From Eledone cirrhosa (taxonomy: Eukaryota): DNA of 64,000 bases. Location of the stretch: NCBI GenBank assembly GCA_964016885.1, contig OZ024743.1, forward strand, positions 130,324,001 to 130,388,000. The letters are read 5' to 3'. Numbering within the stretch: the first letter of the stretch is position 1; the number at the start of each line of letters is the position of its first letter. The notes under the pieces are model-generated. The model saw only the letters and a program-made list of their open reading frames with translations, ran no database searches and was not told the origin of the DNA. The position numbers and the translations under genes were made by a program. Positions 1 to 14,300 of this stretch are shown one piece after another.

Positions 1-293
1 ACCAAGCACCAAGCACCAAACACCAAACACCAAGCACCAATCACCAAACACCAAGCACCAAGCGCCAAACACCAAACACCAAACACCTAGCACCAAGCAC
101 CAAGCACCGAACACCAAGCACCAAGCACCAAGCACCAAGCACCAAGCACCAAACACCAATCACCAAGCCCCAAGCACCAAACACCAAGCACCAAACACCA
201 AGCACCAAACACCAAACACCAAGCACCAAGCACCAAACACCAAACACCAAGCACCAAGCACCAAGCACCAAGCACCAAACACCATACACCAAA

Positions 294-377
294 CAGCAAA
301 CGCCAAAAAGCAAACGCCAAACCCCATACGCCAAACAGCAAATGCCAAACCCCAAACGCCAAACAGCAAACGCCAAG
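294..377 (+). repeat. 84-bp (12-monomer) CpG-rich cassette, representative copy
   Basis: The sequence is CAGCAAA CGCCAAA AAGCAAA CGCCAAA CCCCATA CGCCAAA CAGCAAA TGCCAAA CCCCAAA CGCCAAA CAGCAAA CGCCAAG. Near-identical copies start at 952, 1113, 1575, 1778 and 2051 and recur throughout domain A, with sporadic copies at 36.2-53.2 kb. Confidence 0.92.
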
Positions 378-2879
378 CACCAAACACCAAACACCAAGCG
401 CCAAGCACCAAACACCAAACACCAAGCACCAAGCACCAAACACCAAACACCAAGCACCAATCACCAAACACCAAGCACCAAGCGCCAAGCACCAGACACC
501 AAGCACCAAGCACCAAACACCAAACACCAAGCACCAAGCACTAAACACCAAACACCAAGCACCAAGCACCAAGCACCAAGCACCAAGCACCAAACACCAA
601 GCACCAAGCACCAAGCACCAAGCACCAAGCACCAAACACCAAGCACCAAGCACCAAACACCAAACACCAAGCACCAAACACCAAACACCAAGCACCAAGC
701 ACCAAACACCAAACACCAAACACCAAGCACCAAGCCCCAAGCACCAAACACCAAGCACCAAGCACCAAACACCAAGCACGAAGCACCAAGCACCATGCAC
801 CAGACACCTTGCACCAAGCACCAAACAGCAAACACCAAACAGCAAACACCAAACACCAAATACCAACCAGCAAACACCAAACACCAAACACCAAACAGCA
901 AACACCAAACAGCAAACACCAAACAGCAAACACCAAACACCAAACACCAAACAGCAAATGCCAAAAAGCAAACGCCAAACCCCAAACGCCAAACAGCAAA
1001 TGCCAAACCCCAAACGCCAAACAGCAAACGCCAAGCGCCAAACGCCAAACACCAAGTGCCAAGCACCAAACACCAAACACCAAGCACCAAGCACCAAGCA
1101 CCAAACACCAAACAGCAAACGCCAAAAAGCAAACGCCAAACCCCATACGCCAAACAGCAAATGCCAAACCCCAAACGCCAAACAGCAAACGCCAAGCACC
1201 AAACACCAAACACCAAGCGCCAAGCACCAAACACCAAACACCAAGCACCAAGCAGCAAACACCAAACACCAAGCACCAATCACCAAACACCAAGCACCAA
1301 GCGCCAAGCACCAAACACCAAACACCTAGCACCAAGCACCAAGCACCAAACACCAAGTACCAAACACCAATCACCAAGCCCCAAGCACCAAACACCAAGC
1401 GCCAAGCACCAAACACCAAACACCAAGCACCAAGCACCCAGAACCAAGCACCAAGCACCAAACACCAAGCACCAAGCACCGAGCACCAAACACCAAGAAC
1501 CAAGCACCAAGCTCTAAACACCAAACACCAAGCACCAAGCACCAAACACCAAACACCAAACACCAAACACCAAACAGCAAATGCCAAAAAGCAAACGCCA
1601 AACCCCAAACGCCAAACAGTAAATGCCAAACCCCAAACGCCAAACAGCAAACGCCAAGCGCCAAACGCCAAACACCAAGCGCCAAGCACCAAACACCAAA
1701 CACCAAGCACCAAGCACCAAACACCAAACACCAAGCACCAAGTACCAAACCTCAAACACCAAGCACCAAACACCAAACAGCAAACGCCAAAAAGCAAACG
1801 CCAAACCCCATACGCCAAACAGCAAATGCCAAACCCCAAACGCCAAACAGCAAACGCCAAGCACCGAACACCAAACACCAAGAACCAAGCACCAAGCACT
1901 AAACACCAAACACCAAGCACCAAGCACCAAACACCAAACACCAAGCACCAAGCACCGAGCACCAAACACCAAGAACCAAGCACCAAGCACTAAACACCAA
2001 ACACCAAGCACCAAGAACCAAACACCAAACACCAAGCACCAAACACCAAACAGCAAACGCCAAAAAGCAAACGCCAAACCCCATACGCCAAACAGCAAAT
2101 GCCAAACTCCAAACGCCAAACAGCAAACGCCAGACACCAAACACCAAACACCAAGCGCCAAGCACCAAACACCAAACACCAAGCACCAAGCACCAAACAC
2201 CAAACACCAAGCACCAATCACCAAACACCAAGCACCAAGCGCCAAGCACCAAACACCAAACACCTAGCACCAAGCACCAAGCACCAAACACCAAGCACCA
2301 AACACCAATCACCAAGCCCCAAGCACCAAACACCAAGCACCAAGCACCAAACACCAAACACCAAGCACCAAGCACCAAGGACCAAGCACCAAACACCAAG
2401 CACCAAGCACCGAGCACCAAACACCAAGAACCAAGCACCAAGCACTAAACACCAAACACCAAGCACCAAGCACCAAACACCAAACACCAAGCACCAAGTA
2501 CAAAACTCCAAACACCAAACACCAAGCACCAAGCACCAAATCCCAAGCACCAAACACCAAGCACCAATCACCAAACACCAAACACCAAGCACCAAGCACC
2601 AAACTCCAAAAACCAAGCACCAAACACCAAGCACCAAACACCAAGCACCAAGCGCCAAAGACCAAACACCAAGCACCAAGCACGAAACACCAAGCACCAA
2701 GCACCGAGCACCAAACACCAAGTACCAAGCACCAATCACCAAACACCAAGCACCAAGCTCCAAACACCAAACACCAAACACCAAGCACCAAGCATCAAGC
2801 ACCAAGCACCAAACACCAACCACCAAGCACCAAACACCAAACACAAAACAACAAGTACCAAGCACCAAACACCAAACGC

Positions 2880-3340
2880 CAAACACCAAACACCAAGCAC
2901 CAAGCACAAGACACCAAACACCAAGCACCAAGCACCAAGCACCAAAAACCAAGCACCAAGCTCCAAGCACCAAACACCAAGCACCAAACACCAAACACCA
3001 AGCACCAAGCACCAAACACCAAGCACCAAGCGCCAAACACCAATCACCAAGCACCAAGCACCAAACACCAAGCACCAACCACCAAGCACCAAACACCAAA
3101 CACCAAACACCAAACACCAAACACCAAGCACCAAGCACAAGACACCAAGCACCAAGCACCAAGCACCAAGCACCAAAAACCAAGCACCAAGCTCCAAGCA
3201 CCAAACACCAAGCACCAAACACCAAACACCAAGCACCAAGCACCAAACACCAAGCACCAAGCGCCAAACACCAAACACCAAGCACCAAGCACCAAACACC
3301 AAGCACCAACCACCAAGCACCAAACACCAAGCACCAAGCA
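2880..3340 (+). repeat. Local 231-bp (33-monomer) tandem duplication
   Basis: The landmark series CACAAGA ... AACCAAG ... CTCCAAG ... CGCCAAA ... CACCAAC occurs twice, with CACAAGA at 2905 and 3136. It occurs only once in the homologous HOR copies at ~8.2, 12.2, 14.3 and 18.2 kb. Ends are approximate. Confidence 0.75.
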
Positions 3341-4879
3341 CCAAGCACCAAGCACCAAGCACCAAACACCAAGCACCAAGCACCAAACAGCAAACACCAA
3401 GCACCAAACACCAAACACCAAGCACCAAGCAACAAACACCAAACACCAAGCACCAAACACCAAGCACCAAGCCCCAAGCACGAAACACCAAGCACCAAGC
3501 ACGAAACACCAAGCACCAAGCACCAAGCACCATGCACCAAACACCAAGCACCAAGCACCAAACAGCAAACACCAAACAGCAAACACCAAACAGCAAACAC
3601 CAAACAGCAAACACCAAACAGCAAACACACCAAACAGCAAACGCCAAAAAGCAAACGCCAAACTCCAAACGCCAAACAGCAAATGCCAAACCCAAACGCC
3701 AAACAGCAAACGCCAAGCACAAAACACCAAACACCATGCGCCAAGCACCAAACACCAAACACCAAGCACCAAGCACCAAACACCAAACACCAAGCACCAA
3801 GTACCAAACACCAAACACCAAGCACCAAACACCAAACAGCAAACGCAAAAAAGCAAACGCCAAACCCCATACGCCAAACAGCAAATGCCAAACCCCAAAT
3901 GCCAAACGGCAAACGCCAAGCACCAAACACCAAACACCAAGCGCCAAGCACCAAACACCAAACACCAAGCACCAAGCACCAAACACCAAACACCAAGCAC
4001 CAATCACCAAACACCAAACACCAAGCGCCAAACACCAAACACCAAACACCTATCACCAAGCACCAAGCACCAAACACCAAGCACCAAACACCAAGCACCA
4101 AGCACCAAGCACCAAGCACCAAACACCAATCACCAAGCCCCAAGCACCAAACACCAAGCACCCAGCACCAAACACCAAACACCAAGCACCAAGCACCCAG
4201 AACAAAGCACCAAGCACCAAACACCAAACACCAAGCTCCAAGCACCAAACACCAAACACCAAGCACCAAGCACCAAGCACCAAACACCAAACACCAAGCA
4301 CCAATCACCAAACACCAAGCACCAAGCGCCAAACACCAAACACCAAACACCTAGCACCAAGCACCAAGCACCGAACACCAAGCACCAAGCACCAAGCACC
4401 AAGCACCAAGCACCAAACACCAATCACCAAGCCCCAAGCACCAAACACCAAGCACCAAGCACCAAACACCAAACACCAAGCACCAAGCACCAAACACCAA
4501 ACACCAAGCACCAAGCACCAAGCACCAAGCACCAAACACCATACACCAAACAGCAAACGCCAAAAAGCAAACGCCAAACCCCATACGCCAAACAGCAAAT
4601 GCCAAACCCCAAACGCCAAACAGCAAACGCCAAGCACCAAACACCAAACACCAAGCGCCAAGCACCAAACACCAAACACCAAGCACCAAGCACCAAACAC
4701 CAAACACATAGCACCAATCACCAAACACCAAGCACCAAGCGCCAAGCACCAGACACCAAGCACCAAGCACCAAACACCAAACACCAAGCACCAAGCACTA
4801 AACAACAAACACCAAGCACCAAGCACCAAGCACCAAGCACCAAGCACCAAACACCAAGCACCAAGCACCAAGCACCAAG

Positions 4880-7800
4880 CACCAAGCACCAAACACCAAG
4901 CACCAAGCACCAAACAGCAAACACCAAGCACCAAACACCAAACACCAAGCACCAAGCACCAAACACCAAACACCAAACACCAAGCACCAAGCCCCAAGCA
5001 CCAAACACCAAGCACCAAGCACCAAACACCAAGCACGAAGCACCAAGCACCATGCACCAAACACCAAGCACCAAGCACCAAACAGCAAACACCAAACAGC
5101 AAACACCAAACACCAAACACCAACCAGCAAACACCAAACACCAAACACCAAACAGCAAACACCAAACAGCAAACACCAAACAGCAAACACCAAACACCAA
5201 ACACCAAACAGCAAACGCCAAAAAGCAAACGCCAAACCCCATACGCCAAACAGCAAATGCCAAACCCCAAACGCCAAACAGCAAACGCCAAGCACCGAAC
5301 ACCAAACACCAAGCGCCAAGCACCAAACACCAAACACCAAGCACCAAGCACCAAACACCAAACACCAAGCACCAATCACCAAATACCAAGCACCAAGCGC
5401 CAAGCACCAAACACCAAACACCTAGCACCAAGCACCAAGCACCAAACACCAAGTACCAAACACCAATCACCAAGCCCCAAGCACCAAACACCAAGCACCA
5501 AGCACCAAACACCAAACACCAAGCACCAAGCACCCAGAACCAAGCACCAAGCACCAAACACCAAGCACCAAGCACCGAGCACCAAACACCAAGAACCAAG
5601 CACCAAGCACTAAACACCAAACACCAAGCACCAAGCACCAAACACCATACACCAAGCACCAAACACCAAACAGCAAACGCCAAAAAGCAAACGCCAAACC
5701 CCATATGCCAAACAGCAAATGCCAAACTCCAAACGCCAAACAGCAAACGCCAGGCACCAAACACCAAACACCAAGCGCCAAGCACCAAACACCAAACACC
5801 AAGCACCAAGCACCAAACACCAAACACCAAGCACCAATCACCAAACACCAAGCACCAAGCGCCAAGCACCAAACACCAAACACCTAGCACCAAGCACCAA
5901 GCACCAAACACCAAGCACCAAACACCAATCACCAAGCCCCAAGCACCAAACACCAAGCACCAAGCACCAAACACCAAACACCAAGCACCAAGCACCAAGG
6001 ACCAAGCACCAAACACCAAGCACCAAGCACCGAGCACCAAACACCAAGAACCAAGCACCAAGCACTAAACACCAAACACCAAGCACCAAGCACCAAACAC
6101 CAAACACCAAGCACCAAGTACAAAACTCCAAACACCAAACACCAAGCACCAAGCACCAAATCCCAAGCACCAAACACCAAGCACCAATCACCAAACACCA
6201 AACACCAAGCACCAAGCACCAAACTCCAAAAACCAAGCACCAAGCACCAAACACCAAACGCCAAACACCAAACACCAAGTACCAAGCACCAAACACCAAG
6301 CACCAAGCGCCAAAGACCAAACACCAAGCACCAAGCACGAAACACCAAGCACCAAGCACCGAGCACCAAACACCAAGTACCAAGCACCAATCACCAAACA
6401 CCAAGCACCAAGCACCAAACACCAAACACCAAGCACCAAGCACCAAGCATCAAGCACCAAGCACCAAACACCAACCACCAAGCACCAAACACCAAACACA
6501 AAACAACAAGTACCAAGCACCAAACACCAAACACCAAACACCAAACACCAAGCACCAAGCACAAGACACCAAGCACCAAGCACCAAGCACCAAGCACCAA
6601 AAACCAAGCACCAAGCTCCAAGCACCAAACACCAAGCACCAAACACCAAACACCAAGCACCAAGCACCAAACACCAAGCACCAAGCACCAAGCACCAAGC
6701 ACCAAACACCAAGCACCAAGCACCAAACAGCAAACACCAAGCACCAAACACCAAACACCAAGCACCAAGCACCAAACACCAAACACCAAACACCAAGCAC
6801 CAAGCCCCAAGCACCAAACACCAAGCACCAAGCACCAAACACCAAGCACGAAGCACCAAGCACCATGCACCAAACACCAAGCACCAAGCACCAAACAGCA
6901 AACACCAAACAGCAAACACCAAACACCAAACACCAACCAGCAAACACCAAACACCAAACACCAAACAGCAAACACCAAACAGCAAACACCAAACAGCAAA
7001 CACCAAACACCAAACACCAAACAGCAAACGCCAAAAAGCAAACGCCAAACCCCATACGCCAAACAGCAAATGCCAAACCCCAAACGCCAAACAGCAAACG
7101 CCAAGCACCGAACACCAAACACCAAGCGCCAAGCACCAAACACCAAGCACCAAGCACCAAACACCAAACACCAAGCACCAAGCACCCAGAACCAAGCACC
7201 AAGCACCAAACACCAAGCACCAAGCACCGAGCACCAAACACCAAGAACCAAGCACCAAGCACTAAACACCAAACACCAAGCACCAAGCACCAAACACCAT
7301 ACACCAAGCACCAAACACCAAACAGCAAACGCCAAAAAGCAAACGCCAAACCCCATATGCCAAACAGCAAATGCCAAACTCCAAACGCCAAACAGCAAAC
7401 GACAGGCACCAAACACCAAACACCAAGCGCCAAGCACCAAACACCAAACACCAAGCACCAAGCACCAAACACCAAACACCAAGCACCAATCACCAAACAC
7501 CAAGCACCAAGCGCCAAGCACCAAACACCAAACACCTAGCACCAAGCACCAAGCACCAAACACCAAGCACCAAACACCAATCACCAAGCCCCAAGCACCA
7601 AACACCAAGCACCAAGCACCAAACACCAAACACCAAGCACCAAGCACCAAGGACCAAGCACCAAACACCAAGCACCAAGCACCGATCACCAAACACCAAG
7701 AACCAAGCACCAAGCACTAAACACCAAACACCAAGCACCAAGCACCAAACACCAAACACCAAGCACCAAGTACAAAACTCCAAACACCAAACACCAAGCA

Positions 7801-8330
7801 CCAAGCACCAAATCCCAAGCACCAAACACCAAGCACCAATCACCAAACACCAAACACCAAGCACCAAGCACCAAACTCCAAAAACCAAGCACCAAGCACC
7901 AAGCACCAAACACCAAACGCCAAACACCAAACACCAAGTACCAAGCACCAAACACCAAGCACCAAGCGCCAAAGACCAAACACCAAGCACCAAGCACGAA
8001 ACACCAAGCACCAAGCACCGAGCACCAAACACCAAGTACCAAGCACCAATCACCAAACACCAAGCACCAAGCACCAAACACCAAACACCAAGCACCAAGC
8101 ACCAAGCATCAAGCACCAAGCACCAAACACCAAACACCAAGCACCAAACACCAAACACAAAACAACAAGTACCAAGCACCAAACACCAAACACCAAACAC
8201 CAAACACCAAGCACCAAGCACAAGACACCAAGCACCAAGCACCAAGCACCAAGCACCAAAAACCAAGCACCAAGCTCCAAGCACCAAACACCAAGCACCA
8301 AACACCAAACACCAAGCACCAAGCACCAAA
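4880..8330 (+). repeat. ~1.65-1.8-kb tandem duplication within domain A
   Basis: The private variant CCCCATA-TGCCAAA occurs at ~5700 and ~7352. ORFs 5610..5837 and 7262..7489 are offset by 1652. CACCATG at 5048 and 6861 is offset by 1813, upstream of a 161-bp internal deletion in the second copy. Ends are approximate. Confidence 0.7.
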
Positions 8331-11300
8331 CACCAAGCACCAAGCGCCAAACACCAAACACCAAGCACCAAGCACCAAACACCAAGCACCAACCACCAAG
8401 CACCAAACACCAAGCACCAAGCACCAAGCACCAAGCACCAAGCACCAAACACCAAGCACCAAGCACCAAACAGCAAACACCAAGCACCAAACACCAAACA
8501 CCAAGCACCAAGCAACAAACACCAAACACCAAGCACCAAACACCAAGCACCAAGCCCCAAGCACGAAACACCAAGCACCAAGCATGAAACACCAAGCACC
8601 AAGCACCAAGCACCATGCACCAAACACCAAGCACCAAGCACCAAACAGCAAACACCAAACAGCAAACACCAAACAGCAAACACCAAACAGCAAACACCAA
8701 ACAGCAAACACCAAACAGCAAACGCCAAAAAGCAAACGCCAAACTCCAAACGCCAAACAGCAAATGCCAAACCCAAACGCCAAACAGCAAACGCCAAGCA
8801 CAAAACACCAAACACCAAGCGCCAAGCACCAAACACCAAACACCAAGCACCAAGCACCAAACACCAAACACCAAGCACCAAGTACCAAACACCAAACACC
8901 AAGCACCAAACACCAAACAGCAAACGCAAAAAAGCAAACGCCAAACCCCATACGCCAAACAGCAAATGCCAAACCCCAAATGCCAAACGGCAAACGCCAA
9001 GCACCAAACACCAAACACCAAGCGCCAAGCACCAAACACCAAACACCAAGCACCAAGCACCAAACACCAAACACCAAGCACCGATCACCAAACACCAAAC
9101 ACCAAGCGCCAAACACCAAACACCAAACACCTATCACCAAGCACCAAGCACCAAACACCAAGCACCAAACACCAAGCACCAAGCACCAAGCACCAAGCAC
9201 CAAACACCAATCACCAAGCCCCAAGCACCAAACACCAAGCACCCAGCACCAAACACCAAACACCAAGCACCAAGCACCCAGAACAAAGCACCAAGCACCA
9301 AACACCAAACACCAAGCTCCAAGCACCAAACACCAAACACCAAGCACCAAGCACCAAGCACCAAACACCAAACACCAAGCACCAATCACCAAACACCAAG
9401 CACCAAGCGCCAAACACCAAACACCAAACACCTAGCACCAAGCACCAAGCACCGAACACCAAGCACCAAGCACCAAGCACCAAGCACCAAGCACCAAACA
9501 CCAATCACCAAGCCCCAAGCACCAAACACCAAGCACCAAGCACCAAGCACCAAACACCAAACACCAAGCACCAAGCACCAAACACCAAACACCAAGCACC
9601 AAGCACCAAGCACCAAGCACCAAACACCATACACCAAACAGCAGACGCCAAAAAGCAAACGCCAAACCCCATACGCCAAACAGCAAATGCCAAACCCCAA
9701 ACGCCAAACAGCAAACGCCAAGCACCAAACACCAAACACCAAGCGCCAAGCACCAAACACCAAACACCAAGCACCAAGCACCAAACACCAAACACCAAGC
9801 ACCAATCACCAAACACCAAGCACCAAGCGCCAAGCACCAGACACCAAGCACCATGCACCAAACACCAAACACCAAGCACCAAGCACTAAACACCAAACAC
9901 CAAGCACCAAGCACCAAGCACCAAGCACCAAGCACCAAACACCAAGCACCAAGCACCAAGCACCAAGCACCAAGCACCAAACACCAAGCACCAAGCACCA
10001 AACAGCAAACACCAAGCACCAAACACCAAACACCAAGCACCAAGCACCAAACACCAAACACCAAACACCAAGCACCAAGCCCCAAGCACCAAACACCAAG
10101 CACCAAGCACCAAACACCAAGCACGAAGCACCAAGCACCATGCACCAAACACCAAGCACCAAGCACCAAACAGCAAACACCAAACAGCAAACACCAAACA
10201 CCAAACACCAACCAGCAAACACCAAACACCAAACACCAAACAGCAAACACCAAACAGCAAACACCAAACAGCAAACACCAAACACCAAACACCAAACAGC
10301 AAATGCCAAAAAGCAAACGCCAAACCCCAAACGCCAAACAGCAAATGCCAAACCCCAAACGCCAAACAGCAAACGCCAAGCGCCAAACGCCAAACACCAA
10401 GTGCCAAGCACCAAACACCAAACACCAAGCACCAAGCACCAAGCACCAAACACCAAACAGCAAACGCCAAAAAGCAAACGCCAAACCCCATACGCCAAAC
10501 AGCAAATGCCAAACCCCAAACGCCAAACAGCAAACGCCAAGCACCAAACACCAAACACCAAACACCAAGCACCAAGCACCAAACACCAAACACCAAGCAC
10601 CAATCACCAAACACCAAGCACCAAGCGCCAAGCACCAAACACCAAACACCTAGCACCAAGCACCAAGCACCAAACACCAAGTACCAAACACCAATCACCA
10701 AGCCCCAAGCACCAAACACCAAGCGCCAAGCACCAAACACCAAACACCAAGCACCAAGCACCCAGAACCAAGCACCAAGCACCAAACACCAAGCACCAAG
10801 CACCGAGCACCAAACACCAAGAACCAAGCACCAAGCTCTAAACTCCAAACACCAAGCACCAAGCACCAAACACCAAACACCAAACACCAAACACCAAACA
10901 GCAAATGCCAAAAAGCAAACGCCAAACCCCAAACGCCAAACAGTAAATGCCAAACCCCAAACGCCAAACAGCAAACGCCAAGCGCCAAACGCCAAACACC
11001 AAGCGCCAAGCACCAAACACCAAACACCAAGCACCAAGCACCAAACACCAAACAGCAAGCACCAAGTACCAAACACCAAACACCAAGTACCAAACACCAA
11101 ACAGCAAACGCCAAAAAGCAAACGCCAAACCCCATACGCCAAACAGCAAATGCCAAACCCCAAACGCCAAACAGCAAACGCCAAGCACCGAACACCAAAC
11201 ACCAAGAACCAAGCACCAAGCACTAAACACCAAACACCAAGCACCAAGCACCAAACACCAAACACCAAGCACCAAGCACCGAGCACCAAACACCAAGAAC

Positions 11301-14300
11301 CAAGCACCAAGCACTAAACACCAAACACCAAGCACCAAGCACCAAACACCAAACACCAAGCACCAAACACCAAACAGCAAACGCCAAAAAGCAAACGCCA
11401 AACCCCATACGCCAAACAGCAAATGCCAAACTCCAAACGCCAAACAGCAAACGCCAGGCACCAAACACCAAACACCAAGCGCCAAGCACCAAACACCAAA
11501 CACCAAGCACCAAGCACCAAACACCAAACACCAAGCACCAATCACCAAACACCAAGCACCAAGCGCCAAGCACCAAACACCAAACACCTAGCACCAAGCA
11601 CCAAGCACCAAACACCAAGCACCAAACACCAATCACCAAGCCCCAAGCACCAAACACCAAGCACCAAGCACCAAACACCAAACACCAAGCACCAAGCACC
11701 AAGGACCAAGCACCAAACACCAAGCACCAAGCACCGAGCACCAAACACCAAGAACCAAGCACCAAGCACCAAACACCAAACACCAAGCACCAAGTACAAA
11801 ACTCCAAACACCAAACACCAAGCACCAAACACCAAATCCCAAGCACCAAACACCAAGCACCAATCACCGAACACCAAACACCAAGCACCAAGCACCAAAC
11901 TCCAAAAACCAAGCACCAAACACCAATCATCAAACACCAAGCACCAAGCGCCAAAGACCAAACACCAAGCACCAAGCACGAAACACCAAGCACCAAGCAC
12001 CGAGCACCAAACACCAAGTACCAAGCACCAATCACCAAACACCAAGCACCAAGCACCAAACACCAAACACCAAGCACCAAGCACCAAGCATCAAGCACCA
12101 AGCACCAAACACCAACCACCAAGCACCAAACACCAAACACAAAACAACAAGTACCAAGCACCAAACACCAAACACCAAACACCAAACACCAAGCACCAAG
12201 CACAAGACACCAAGCACCAAGCACCAAGCACCAAGCACCAAAAACCAAGCACCAAGCTCCAAGCACCAAACACCAAGCACCAAACACCAAACACCAAGCA
12301 CCAAGCACCAAACACCAAGCACCAAGCGCCAAACACCAAACACCAAGCACCAAGCACCAAACACCAAGCACCAACCACCAAGCACCAAACACCAAGCACC
12401 AAGCACCAAGCACCAGGCACCAAGCACCAAACACCAAGCACCAAGCACCAAACAGCAAACACCAAGCACCAAACACCAAACACCACGCACCAAGCAACAA
12501 ACACCAAACACCAAGCACCAAACACCAAGCACCAAGCCCCAAGCACGAAACACCAAGCACCAAGCACGAAACACCAAGCACCAAGCACCAAGCACCATGC
12601 ACCAAACACCAAGCACCAAGCACCAAACAGCAAACACCAAACAGCAAACACCAAACAGCAAACACCAAACAGCTAACACCAAACAGCAAACACCAAACAG
12701 CAAACGCCAAAAAGCAAACGCCAAACTCCAAACGCCAAACAGCAAATGCCAAACCCAAACGCCAAACAGCAAACGCCAAGCACAAAACACCAAACACCAA
12801 GCGCCAAGCACCAAACACCAAACACCAAGCACCAAGCACCAGACACCAAACACCAAGCACCAAGTACCAAACACCAAACACCAAGCACCAAACACCAAAC
12901 AGCAAACGCAAAAAAGCAAACGCCAAACCCCATACGCCAAACAGCAAATGCCAAACCCCAAATGCCAAACGGCAAACGCCAAGCACCAAACACCAAACAC
13001 CAAGCGCCAAGCACCAAACACCAAACACCAAGCACCAAGCACCAAACACCAAACACCAAGCACCAATCACCAAACACCAAACACCAAGCGCCAAACACCA
13101 AACACCAAACACCTATCACCAAGCACCAAGCACCAAACACCAAGCACCAAACACCAAGCACCAAGCACCAAGCACCAAGCACCAAACACCAATCACCAAG
13201 CCCCAAGCACCAAACACCAAGCACCCAGCACCAAACACCAAACACCAAGCACCAAGCACCCAGAACAAAGCACCAAGCACCAAACACCAAACACCAAGCT
13301 CCAAGCACCAAACACCAAACACCAAGCACCAAGCACCAAGCACCAAACACCAAACACCAAGCACCAATCACCAAACACCAAGCACCAAGCGCCAAACACC
13401 AAACACCAAACACCTAGCACCAAGCACCAAGCACCGAACACCAAGCACCAAGCACCAAGCACCAAGCACCAAGCACCAAACACCAATCACCAAGCCCCAA
13501 GCACCAAACACCAAGCACCAAGCACCAAACACCAAACACCAAGCACCAAGCACCAAACACCAAAAACCAAGCACCAAGCACCAAGCACCAAGCACCAAAC
13601 ACCATACACCAAACAGCAAACGCCAAAAAGCAAACGCCAAACCCCATACGCCAAACAGCAAATGCCAAACCCCAAACGCCAAACAGCAAACGCCAAGCAC
13701 CAAACACCAAACACCAAGCGCCAAGCACCAAACACCAAACACCAAGCACCAAGCACTAAACACCAAACACCAAGCACCAAGCACCAAACACCAAACACCA
13801 AGCACCAAGTACAAAACTCCAAACACCAAACACCAAGCACCAAGCACCAAATCCCAAGCACCAAACACCAAGCACCAATCACCAAACACCAAACACCAAG
13901 CACCAAGCACCAAACTCCAAAAACCAAGCACCAAGCACCAAGCACCAAACACCAAACGCCAAACACCAAACACCAAGTTCCAAGCACCAAACACCAAGCA
14001 CCAAGCGCCAAAGACCAAACACCAAGCACCAAGCACGAAACACCAAGCACCAAGCACCGAGCACCAAACACCAAGTACCAAGCACCAATCACCAAACACC
14101 AAGCACCAAGCACCAAACACCAAACACCAAGCACCAAGCACCAAGCATCAAGCACCAAGCACCAAACACCAACCACCAAGCACCAAACACCAAACACAAA
14201 ACAACAAGTACCAAGCACCAAACACCAAACACCAAACACCAAACACCAAGCACCAAGCACAAGACACCAAGCACCAAGCACCAAGCACCAAGCACCAAAA

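Noticed and set aside
62-69. E2F-like site GCGCCAAA (TTTGGCGC), recurring wherever CACCAAG precedes CGCCAAA
   Set aside because: It is one substitution from the consensus junction GCACCAAA, so it is expected by chance, and there is no promoter or gene context.
2218-4350. Minus-strand hydrophobic ORFs (WCLVLGA/WCLVFGV)n resembling membrane proteins
   Set aside because: These are the reverse-complement translation of the same satellite. They overlap in all frames and have an implausible Trp/Cys-rich composition.
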